From contig JBBIRT010000002.1 of the NCBI GenBank assembly GCA_037441725.1, positions 2,111 through 55,560 on the forward strand: a stretch of DNA of 53,450 nt, written 5' to 3'. This document shows positions 23,201 through 30,292 of the stretch, piece by piece. The DNA is from Deltaproteobacteria bacterium (GTDB lineage: Bacteria; Desulfobacterota; BSN033; UBA1163). Position 1 is the stretch's first letter; the number at the start of each line of letters is the position of its first letter. The notes beneath the pieces were generated by a model. The model was not told the origin of the DNA. It searched no databases and was given only the letters and a program-made list of their open reading frames with translations. The position numbers and the translations under genes are program-made.

Positions 23201-26200
23201 AGCCGTTCACCGCTTCCTGGTCTCAAGGAAAATCAGACATCGCTTTTCAATCCTTGCCTCTGGAGGTATCCGTTCTGCTGCAGATTCCCAGAAAACGATC
23301 CAGAGGGGGGCCAATGGAATCAAGATTGACTGGCCTGTCTTATTGGTGGCTGATTTCATGGCCCTAAAAAAATTCAGGCAGGGAGAAGTCATTATTCCCT
23401 TACATGATCGTTCAACCCTTATTAAAAGGTTGATCAATTTAATACGTGTTTGGAATATCCAGATCATCGAGGTCCTCGGAGCTTCTGGCTTTAAGGATAT
23501 TAAAAAAACGGTGGGTGAAGAAAATCGGCTCCTCATTTTCGACGATTTGGAAGAAAGGGTCTATGACATTTTCAAAAGTTCACCCCGACTCCAAAGAAAT
23601 AAACAATATAACCTGAAACGGATTCAAAGAGAAGGAGAATCCATTGGATGGCGATACAGCCAGTTAAAAGGATTGATTCAATCTGCCAAACACCCCCATC
23701 AATTTTATCACTGTCATCTCAATCCTGCTTGTTACCGGATCTTTGACCGAGATCATGTATGGCCTGCCTCTCTCATCGCTTCAGTGGGACGTATGGCCAG
23801 TGGGGATCGAAAGACCTTATTCCTTAACCAAACCGAGGAGCGTGGAAACTTAGGGGATGGTTTTGATTTCATTCATATTCAATTTCAACAAAATCCAGAT
23901 ACCCTCCCCGACGAGCGATTAGAGGAGGTCTCAACAGGTCTTCAAATCTCCCCTCAATTACGATTGAAAAGTCCTTTTATTGGGGCCGGAATGTCTGTAG
24001 GATCCGTTGGCCCCGGAACCTGGCGGGCTCGGGTACTGGCCACCCGGGCTCTGGGCACTCAAATGGATACCGGTGAAGGTGGGTATCCGACCTTTTTTAT
24101 TCTTGACTCAAAATGGAATCCTTTAGATCTCACTGATCAACAGGTCAATTGGCTAAGCCGTTTTATGGAAGAAAGAAAGCTTATCCCTATTGAATCATTG
24201 ATGAAACGACTTTCTCAAGAAGTTGAACCTACCCCTGAATATCAGACCCTTTTAGAAACCCTGAGGAAGTATCCTCCATCGATGACTGTTCAATATGTTC
24301 CTATTGTCACCCCTGAAGATGAACCTTTTGTCTCTACCCAATTAAAAACAGGACTCTTTGGAGTGACCAAAGAAACCATCCGTAGGGCTCGTCGGGTGGT
24401 GATTGCTTACAGCCAGGGAGCCAAACAGGGGGTAGGAGGACATTTATTGGGGAGGAAGGTCTTTGGCTTGGTCTCTCGGCTAAGGGGTGTGGCAGAAGGA
24501 GTAAGTCTTATCTCTCCATTTCCATTCCACAATTGTTATTCCATTGAAGATGTGAAGGCATTCATCGATGCCGTTCGTATGATCAACCTTAAAGCCACCA
24601 TCTGCATCAAGGTTTCACCCTCCCCTGACATTGAGTTCATTGTCTCAGGCCTTGCTCGTATTGCTAAAGACAATGACATGGTGATCGAGGTCTGGTTGGA
24701 TGGACCGCGTGGGGGGACAGGTGCAGCTCCTGACATCATCAAAGGTCAAATGGGAATGCATATGGAATATGCCATTCCCATCTGCCATGAAAAGTTGCTG
24801 GATGATGGATTAAGGGACTACGTCGTTTTTATGGGAAGTGGTGGGTTTCGAACCTGGGGAGATGTCATCAAGGGAATTGCCCTCGGATTGGATGGAGTCA
24901 TTCTTGGAACAGCCGATCTGGTGGCTATCGGTTGCGTGAGGGACCGAAACTGCGAGTCAGGGTGTCGAAGTGGCATTTCCACCATTGAACCTAAAATGCA
25001 ACTACTCAGAAATGTTGAACTGAATACCCAGCAGATCATTAACTTCCGTGCCCTTTTACAAGCCCAGACGATCCGAGCCCTCGCAGCCCTCGGGATGAAG
25101 GATATTCGAGAACTTCGTGGACGCTACGACTGTATCCAATGGTCTCTCCTCGAAGAGAGGGTTGAAAAGCGTCGTCGTCAGAGGAAGGAGCCATCCTGGG
25201 TTGAACCTGTCCCCAGCCTATCCTTGGAGCCTGCTCCTCCTTCAGATTGCGGGGTGGCGGCCATCGTATCCAATCATTTCATTCCAAGTCATGTCATGGA
25301 CCTGATGTTAGATCGAATGGCTAATCGGGGGATGGATGGGGTAGGAATCTGGAAAGGAGGATGTTACCCTAACCATTTAGAGGATTATGCCATCCATGTA
25401 TTGATTAAAGGCCCCCTCCAGACTCAGATTGAAGAAGAATATCAAAGTAGAGAACCTGATATCGATCCAGAAGAGATTCGACGTCAGGCAAGAAAAACGA
25501 TCCTGGACAGACGCCAACGAATCATGCGGGAGATTCTCAAGCAATATTTCAAAGGCCTTGATTTAAAAGATTTTGACGGCGATCTGGAAAAGAATCGAAT
25601 CCCCTATCGTCGAGATCAAGAAGGATCGGAGCAAGATTACCGAAGCTTTGGAGATAAAGATCCAGGGGATGTGTTTCGATTCTTTGTCCGGGTCAATCAG
25701 GATGAACTGAGTCGCTTCATTGAAAATGAGTTAATAAAAGATTCAATTTGGCCTCCCTGGCAGTTGCGTTATCAAGGTCTGAATCTCCAGAATTATAAAG
25801 AGAATAGAGAATTTCTCCAAGAGGCGGAGGATGAGTATATCTATCGGTTGGCTCGTCGGATCACCTTTGAAAACTATGTAAAGGACCAACAGAAAAAAGC
25901 GGCGGTTCTTTCTTGTGGAAAGAATTCGGGTTGCTGGAAAAGCGATGGCCGCCACCTTCCATGGGAGCTGCCTGATGCCCCTGTCAATATTATCCACCGA
26001 AGGTTGGCTACAGGTTCTGTAGTAGATCAAATGAACGCCCATCCCTTCTCAGAACTTCATACCGCTTTAACCCATAATGGAGAAACCACCAATTATCGGA
26101 CCATGCTCAATCGTGTGTCTCAATTCAACCTAACCCCATTAGCTCAAACCGACACGGCTGTTGCATCTCTCAAACTTCATCTACTCAGCCAGTACCTCCA

Positions 26201-27848
26201 CTATCCTTTTGATGCATTGGTTGAATCCTTTTCTCCCACCACTGGATGGAGCTTGACTCAGCTTCCCTCAGAAATGAGGGAGCGTTTTGAACGTATCCAG
26301 GAGGTAGAATTGGAAAGCGCCCCTGATGGGCCCTATCAATATCTCTGTGGACGTATCGATCCCTATCAAAGAGTAATTGAGCGTCTCGATATTATCGATC
26401 CTTCCTTGCTCAGGCCTAATGTGGCAATGCTCTATGATGATGGGGAAAATTTTGTAAGCATTATCTGCTCTGAGAAACAGGGGAGTGATGCAGGAATGCA
26501 GGAATTATTTCGATTGGGATTGATGAAGAGCACCATCTCCCCACTCATCTTTACCGTTAATCCCGGGATGCTAAGCAGGGTCTTCTATGATGAAAAAGGG
26601 AGGATTACAGGATATGAGGTGTTGGATAAATTCGGTAAGAAAATTGAGATCCCTCATGGAACCTTTCCTCCACAGAAGTCCCTCCCACTTGTGGAGGCTT
26701 CTGAGAGGATTGAATTTGAACCCAGTCCATCCCTCTTTATTAAAGATCGGCTGCCTCGCTGGAGTTTTCTGGAGTTTGAAAAGGCCTTAAAAGAATTATC
26801 GAGTAAGCTTCCTCCATCAAAGGCCATTGAGGAATTGACCTGGATTCATGATCATCTCATTGGCTGGGATACTGGAGACAAAGATAGAGGCGCTCTCATT
26901 CATACCGTAAAAAATGTGATCAACACTTTCTTAGATCATATAAGCCATAAAAAGGAATTTTTCAGGGTGACGATTGGAAAGGCAACCGAATTAAACCCCC
27001 CAGAAGACGGGGAACAGGTGTTAGTGGTCGATGCTCGTGGTTTTCGACCTGAGGGGATAGATCCCTTTAGGGTGCTAAGTCCTTTTCTCGATCATGCCCA
27101 TAAGATGGGTTGGAGGAAATTCATTGTCTACCGGGTAGAGGGTCAGCGAGGGATTGGTATGGGGATCGGTTCTGGCCAGACGAACGACACTCAGATCGAT
27201 GTTTACGGAAGCCCAGGTGAATATTGTGGTGCCTTCAATATGGGAGCCTTGGTACGGGTCCACACCCATTCACAGAACTTCACAGGGATGGTGATGCATT
27301 CAGGAACGTTAGAAATCCACGGAGATGTCGGCAAGGTCACTGGATACTCGGCCAAAGGAGGAACATTCAACATCCTCGGAAATGTTGTTGATCGTGGATG
27401 GGTCTGCGCGGTCAGTGATCCGAGAGGGCCTGGACTGGAGGTCAATATTGTGGGGACCGCTTATGAGCACCTCTGTCAGGCCTTCATGGGAGGTTCAGTA
27501 ATCATGCTGGGACTTTTTTGGGGACCGGATGGAATGCTCCATCGAATGCAGTCTCCCTATAAAGGTGGGAAAATCCTGGCCGGGGCCTCTGCAGGTGAGG
27601 TCATCTTCTATGATCCTGAGAAGAGATTAAACCAAGAGCAATATAAAAGTTGTGTTTCCAATCCCATGAATGGGAAAAAGTGGGGGGAAATTATGAACCG
27701 TCTGATGAATCTTGAAAAGATCTTTAGCCTCGGTTTTTCCAGAAAGAACGACCATCTCACGGTTAGAATGGATGGGGATTTTCAGAATCTCACCCCGGAC
27801 AAATTTCTATGGTTATTACCAAAAGGAGAATTGGAAGGGTACCATTAA
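20280..27848 (+). CDS. Giant multidomain glutamate-synthase-like fusion: FAD-linked oxidase + Fe-S modules + two GltS-type barrels + class II amidotransferase + GXGXG domain
   Basis: Single uninterrupted ORF (ATG 20280, or TTG 20271). Motifs in order: FAD PCMH-type (RGAGTWGYGG), CAQCGNCVTRCP/CLHCGRCDEEC, CLHCGTCVDAC/CRGCGACLERCP, a degenerate barrel (ASGGIRSAADS), then an FMN barrel (GAGMSVGSVG...DTGEGG, QGAKQGVGGHL, DGPRGGTGAAP, GSGGFRTWGDV, GCVRDRNCESGC). These are followed by GATase II (CGVAAIV, RGMDGVGIW, NAHPF, HNGETTNY) and a GXGXG region (GQRGIGMGIGSG ... GSPGEYCGAFNMG ... GDVGKVTGYSAKGG). Confidence 0.85.
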   Translation: MNQNRNHLTWKKYLEDFLQHHSDLKVIEDPEKLEYYRSDLNVDLPPLIRDLMLKSLPDLVLQPSTEEHILKIFDLARKHKIPLTIRGAGTWGYGGAVPTQGGILIDLNLMDKIEVNPETLELTVGPGARFHDIHQQLERYGLSLLSMTSGKGGTFIGWIATGGMGYGTFHYGPVEKQLISLRVISPDGRIREIKSEDPEIKYFLSTEGQMGIIVQATLKIGKQPSRWFPFLLPFETQASAYTLTQKLSHHPFIKPDDLMVYHNELVRMLKSQSNGKITIPDKNLMLVVFSREEKAQEFKTYLQENSIQPADEELAHYLWKERFVPMSIKPFGPSLLAVEVLLPIDQVAPYCEKISEWGKRLGVSLYPSSHLVSKDQVLFLAMITSDHRKTIFYIDLMLIPMMVRLAVQFYRGKPYGLGIWNTPFLHDLYSKEERKDLIQYKRKVDPLKILNPGKFFHVSGRLGPLQKILFHSDLFNLELASTQWLLLKLFSILPEKKFRKRIPIPPQGLEKIAYEVFSCAQCGNCVTRCPVYRATRDETFTARGKLLTMKRAIETQKIELSKVLPLYFCLHCGRCDEECQVSINHRQLYKDLEKYLSDRIDFPIREITDFVQEVEKSPEFYRFLDVIRTGFDQKIREQRQTFSKYRVRIDEEYCLHCGTCVDACMYSVRKRNDADPRQVIVVDESLCRGCGACLERCPQIAAGLPATSVELHPDYLSMDHPYWNSEVISRIDLEATTGKIPVSGTGQGDPHRGSGNDGIRFGHFHIVGPAQNLLYESSADAIAIHLGQRPKYLKFNGVEIETPPPRLVHLKTPLILDILPGNQNDELLDAMLEAASTMGTRVTLRWEEVKRFSSKIGNRLNTLILRLTLEDLKNILEGKEKVNLLKDSLFDLIEIEWEDSFLNHFNQLRSLFSESQVLCAVLKVKKEDVSPELQLSSEFQKRLELLSQSPFDVLCLSSDYDSDQGYYPTTDAVPAVHRFLVSRKIRHRFSILASGGIRSAADSQKTIQRGANGIKIDWPVLLVADFMALKKFRQGEVIIPLHDRSTLIKRLINLIRVWNIQIIEVLGASGFKDIKKTVGEENRLLIFDDLEERVYDIFKSSPRLQRNKQYNLKRIQREGESIGWRYSQLKGLIQSAKHPHQFYHCHLNPACYRIFDRDHVWPASLIASVGRMASGDRKTLFLNQTEERGNLGDGFDFIHIQFQQNPDTLPDERLEEVSTGLQISPQLRLKSPFIGAGMSVGSVGPGTWRARVLATRALGTQMDTGEGGYPTFFILDSKWNPLDLTDQQVNWLSRFMEERKLIPIESLMKRLSQEVEPTPEYQTLLETLRKYPPSMTVQYVPIVTPEDEPFVSTQLKTGLFGVTKETIRRARRVVIAYSQGAKQGVGGHLLGRKVFGLVSRLRGVAEGVSLISPFPFHNCYSIEDVKAFIDAVRMINLKATICIKVSPSPDIEFIVSGLARIAKDNDMVIEVWLDGPRGGTGAAPDIIKGQMGMHMEYAIPICHEKLLDDGLRDYVVFMGSGGFRTWGDVIKGIALGLDGVILGTADLVAIGCVRDRNCESGCRSGISTIEPKMQLLRNVELNTQQIINFRALLQAQTIRALAALGMKDIRELRGRYDCIQWSLLEERVEKRRRQRKEPSWVEPVPSLSLEPAPPSDCGVAAIVSNHFIPSHVMDLMLDRMANRGMDGVGIWKGGCYPNHLEDYAIHVLIKGPLQTQIEEEYQSREPDIDPEEIRRQARKTILDRRQRIMREILKQYFKGLDLKDFDGDLEKNRIPYRRDQEGSEQDYRSFGDKDPGDVFRFFVRVNQDELSRFIENELIKDSIWPPWQLRYQGLNLQNYKENREFLQEAEDEYIYRLARRITFENYVKDQQKKAAVLSCGKNSGCWKSDGRHLPWELPDAPVNIIHRRLATGSVVDQMNAHPFSELHTALTHNGETTNYRTMLNRVSQFNLTPLAQTDTAVASLKLHLLSQYLHYPFDALVESFSPTTGWSLTQLPSEMRERFERIQEVELESAPDGPYQYLCGRIDPYQRVIERLDIIDPSLLRPNVAMLYDDGENFVSIICSEKQGSDAGMQELFRLGLMKSTISPLIFTVNPGMLSRVFYDEKGRITGYEVLDKFGKKIEIPHGTFPPQKSLPLVEASERIEFEPSPSLFIKDRLPRWSFLEFEKALKELSSKLPPSKAIEELTWIHDHLIGWDTGDKDRGALIHTVKNVINTFLDHISHKKEFFRVTIGKATELNPPEDGEQVLVVDARGFRPEGIDPFRVLSPFLDHAHKMGWRKFIVYRVEGQRGIGMGIGSGQTNDTQIDVYGSPGEYCGAFNMGALVRVHTHSQNFTGMVMHSGTLEIHGDVGKVTGYSAKGGTFNILGNVVDRGWVCAVSDPRGPGLEVNIVGTAYEHLCQAFMGGSVIMLGLFWGPDGMLHRMQSPYKGGKILAGASAGEVIFYDPEKRLNQEQYKSCVSNPMNGKKWGEIMNRLMNLEKIFSLGFSRKNDHLTVRMDGDFQNLTPDKFLWLLPKGELEGYH

Positions 27849-27915
27849 TAAAAATGGAGATACAGATCTATTTTGAATTCATATCATCGGGGTTTGCTTT
27901 TCAGTATTTCTCATT

Positions 27916-28036
27916 GGGCAGGGGTGGAATGAGCATCCGTCGTCACCTCCCCGGGGAAAGGAGTTGAGGACATCTCAAGGTCGAAGATGATCCCAAAAGG
28001 CATAGAAGCCTTCTCCCCTGCCCTTTATTATTTTTC
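27916..28036 (+). terminator. Long closed stem (GGGCAGGGG ... CCCCTGCCC) enclosing ~90 nt, followed by a T-rich tract; complex terminator or structured RNA
   Basis: Perfect 9-bp GC-rich closing stem (27916-27924 / 28015-28023) with internal small hairpins, then TTTATTATTTTT. Starts 68 nt after the giant ORF stop. Confidence 0.45.
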
Positions 28037-28201
28037 AAAGTATGAGAGCCTTCCATTATAGTGGAAATTCTGAGAAGGGGGTGGACTTATGAAAGATAAC
28101 CCTTATTTAAAACTCGTTCAACCCCTAAAGAAGAATATTTCCTCTTCAACCATGATCTTAACTTTATAAAAAGGGTTTGCAAGGACCCATCAAAATAATC
28201 C

Positions 28202-28230
28202 TTGAATTTGAGAGAAAGAATTGGTATGAT
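28202..28230 (+). promoter_or_regulatory. Sigma-70-type promoter candidate (TTGAAT-17-TATGAT)
   Basis: -35 TTGAAT at 28202-07, 17-nt spacer, -10 TATGAT at 28225-30. Lies 24 nt upstream of the ABM-domain gene. Confidence 0.4.
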
Positions 28231-28253
28231 TTGAAAAAAAAGGGGGGGTCGAG

Positions 28254-28541
28254 ATGGCAGTAAGGATTATCATCGATCGAAAAGTGAAGAAAGGGAAAGA
28301 GCCAGAATTTTCAAAATTGATTAGAGAATTAAGAACCCTCGCTATCCCCTCAAAAGGATACATTTCTGGAGAAACCCTCCGGGCATTGGACGATCCTCAT
28401 AATTATATTGTCATTACAACCTGGCAAAGTGTGGATGATTGGAAGGCGTGGGAAAAAAATCCCGAAAGGAAGAAGATTCAAACCAAGATTGAAAAATTGA
28501 TGGCTCGACCCACCAAAACAAAAATTTACCTATATGCCTAA
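28254..28541 (+). CDS. Antibiotic-biosynthesis-monooxygenase (ABM) domain protein
   Basis: 95 aa with a ferredoxin-like ABM pattern (GYISGETL...DPHNYIVITTWQSVDDWKAW). Strong RBS GGGGGGG. Confidence 0.75.
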   Translation: MAVRIIIDRKVKKGKEPEFSKLIRELRTLAIPSKGYISGETLRALDDPHNYIVITTWQSVDDWKAWEKNPERKKIQTKIEKLMARPTKTKIYLYA

Positions 28542-28563
28542 ATGGAAACCCTGGGCAAATAAA

Positions 28564-28792
28564 TTGCTGAGAGCTCTGAAAAAGTATCTTAAGCCATAAA
28601 GAATGGAGAGGGGTGATGGAAAAACTTTTGAGCAGATCCCTTCAATCTTAAAGCACAAATTTCGAAACATGATGAAATTGCACTATTTTTACCAGTGGCA
28701 ACGGTGACCCATCAATTAAACGCCTGCATTCAAAAGTTTTGAAATTACCCCTCTCCATTCATTCTCGGAAGTTTTTCAGAGTTCTCTTGCTG
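28564..28792. repeat. Long imperfect hairpin module A (~225 bp) bounded by direct TTGCTG
   Basis: Outer arms GAGAGCTCTGAAAAA (28569-83) / TTTTTCAGAGTTCTC (28772-86). Inner arms GAATGGAGAGGGGT (28601-14) / ACCCCTCTCCATTC (28747-60). Further interior pairing AAAACTTTTGA / TCAAAAGTTTT. Confidence 0.8.
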
Positions 28793-29017
28793 AGAATTCT
28801 GAAAAAGTCCTTAAATGACTGGGGAGGTAGGGTTTCAAACCCTTCGAATGCGGGCTTTAGAATAGAATTTGCTTGGCATCGTTTATGGGAAAAAAAGTAT
28901 TTTCAGGGTTTTCATTTATAGTGCTGAAAGATTAAAGGTATCCGCTCGAAGGCTTTTCCACCCCACCTCCCCAGTCAAAAAATTCTTTTTGAAAACTTTT
29001 TCAGAAATCTCTTGCTG
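28787..29017. repeat. Long imperfect hairpin module B (~225 bp) bounded by direct TTGCTG
   Basis: Outer arms GAGAATTCTGAAAAAGT / ACTTTTTCAGAAATCTC. Inner arms GACTGGGGAGGT (28817-28) / ACCTCCCCAGTC (28965-76). Interior pairing CCTTCGA..GCGG / CCGC.TCGAAGG. Confidence 0.8.
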
Positions 29018-29022
29018 CTCCC

Positions 29023-29051
29023 TTGACAATTTGAAGTGGACGTGCTAATTT
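29023..29051 (+). promoter_or_regulatory. Sigma-70-type promoter (TTGACA-17-TAATTT with TGn extended -10)
   Basis: Consensus -35 TTGACA at 29023-28, 17-nt spacer ending in TGC, -10 TAATTT at 29046-51. About 95 nt upstream of carA. Confidence 0.55.
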
Positions 29052-29091
29052 TAGATCGAATCATATGATCAAACGAGTAAACCAATTCAGG

Positions 29092-29132
29092 GACCCTCGA
29101 TCCTGTTAAAACGGGATCGGGGGTCTTTTTTT
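29092..29132 (+). terminator. Intrinsic terminator/attenuator in the carA leader
   Basis: 12-bp stem GACCCTCGATCC / GGATCGGGGGTC (one G-U), ~8-nt loop, then seven Ts. Ends 14 nt before the carA GTG, and the RBS GGGGG lies after the T-run. Confidence 0.65.
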
Positions 29133-29146
29133 ATGGGGGCAATCTT

Positions 29147-30292
29147 GTGAAATCCTTGCCAAAAGCAATATTGGCACTTGAAGATGGTACAACCTTTGAG
29201 GGGTACTCTTTCGGATTCTCTGGGGAAAAAACAGGAGAGGCCGTTTTCAATACCAGTATGACAGGTTATCAGGAGATTCTCACCGATCCATCTTATAAGG
29301 GTCAGATCGTTATCATGACCTACCCGCTAATTGGTAACTATGGGATCAATCAAGAAGACATAGAATCTCATGACCCGAAAGTGGAAGGATTTATTGTTAA
29401 AGAAAACAGTGCCATCTTCAGCAATTGGCGTGCAGAGCAATCCCTTTCCGAATACTTAGTCCATCATCGCATCATGGGGATTGAGGGAATGGATACCCGC
29501 GCCATCACCAAACATATTCGCCTGGCAGGTGCTATGAAAGCGGTCCTCTCTACAGAAGACCTTAATAAAGATCGGCTGATTGAAAAAGCGAAAAATTCTC
29601 CAGGACTCATTGGGAGGGACCTAGTCAAAGAGGTGACCTGCAAAGAGCCCTATAAATGGACCAGCCCCAATAACCCTCAATTCTTTCCCCCTCCTCCAAT
29701 CTCCTTTGCTCATTCCCATCGATGGAGGGTGGTGGCTCTGGATTATGGGATTAAATATAACATCCTTCGATCTCTCTCTGACTGGAATTGTGAAATCACT
29801 GTTTTGCCTGCCTCTTCCACAGCAGAAACCATTCTCTCTTTTCAACCGGATGGAATTCTACTATCCAATGGGCCAGGAGATCCAGAGGGCGTTTCCTATG
29901 CCATCGAAACCATCCGTCAATTGATTGGAAAAAAGCCAATCTTTGGAATCTGTCTTGGACACCAACTTTTAGGATTAGCGCTTGGAGGAAAAACCTTTAA
30001 GCTGAAATTTGGTCATCGGGGAGCCAATCAACCCGTAAAGGATTTAAAAACAGGAAAGGTGATGATCACTTCCCAGAATCATGGGTTCTGCGTTGATCCA
30101 AATTCCTTAGATCCGTCAGAGGTGGAATGTACTCAGATCAATCTCAACGATCAAACCCTCGAGGGAATGAGGCATAAGCGATTTCCTATTTTTTCTGTGC
30201 AATACCACCCTGAAGCCTCTCCAGGACCTCATGACACCCAATACCTCTTTGGAGAATTTGTGAAAGCAATGGAGATTCATTCCAATGCCTAA
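29147..30292 (+). CDS. carA: Carbamoyl-phosphate synthase small (glutaminase) subunit
   Basis: 381 aa. Motifs [44 protein letters not shown]. Confidence 0.95.
   Translation: MKSLPKAILALEDGTTFEGYSFGFSGEKTGEAVFNTSMTGYQEILTDPSYKGQIVIMTYPLIGNYGINQEDIESHDPKVEGFIVKENSAIFSNWRAEQSLSEYLVHHRIMGIEGMDTRAITKHIRLAGAMKAVLSTEDLNKDRLIEKAKNSPGLIGRDLVKEVTCKEPYKWTSPNNPQFFPPPPISFAHSHRWRVVALDYGIKYNILRSLSDWNCEITVLPASSTAETILSFQPDGILLSNGPGDPEGVSYAIETIRQLIGKKPIFGICLGHQLLGLALGGKTFKLKFGHRGANQPVKDLKTGKVMITSQNHGFCVDPNSLDPSEVECTQINLNDQTLEGMRHKRFPIFSVQYHPEASPGPHDTQYLFGEFVKAMEIHSNA

Noticed and set aside
27916-28023. Possible SRP (4.5S) RNA, because of the GGAAAGGAG segment in a long hairpin
   Set aside because: The conserved domain IV sequence (GGUCC-GGAA-GGAAGCAGCC / AAGGC) is not present. 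The resemblance is superficial.
28739-28921. 60-aa ORF inside hairpin module B
   Set aside because: It starts at a non-ATG codon without an RBS and lies within structured repeat DNA. The sequence is low-complexity and basic.
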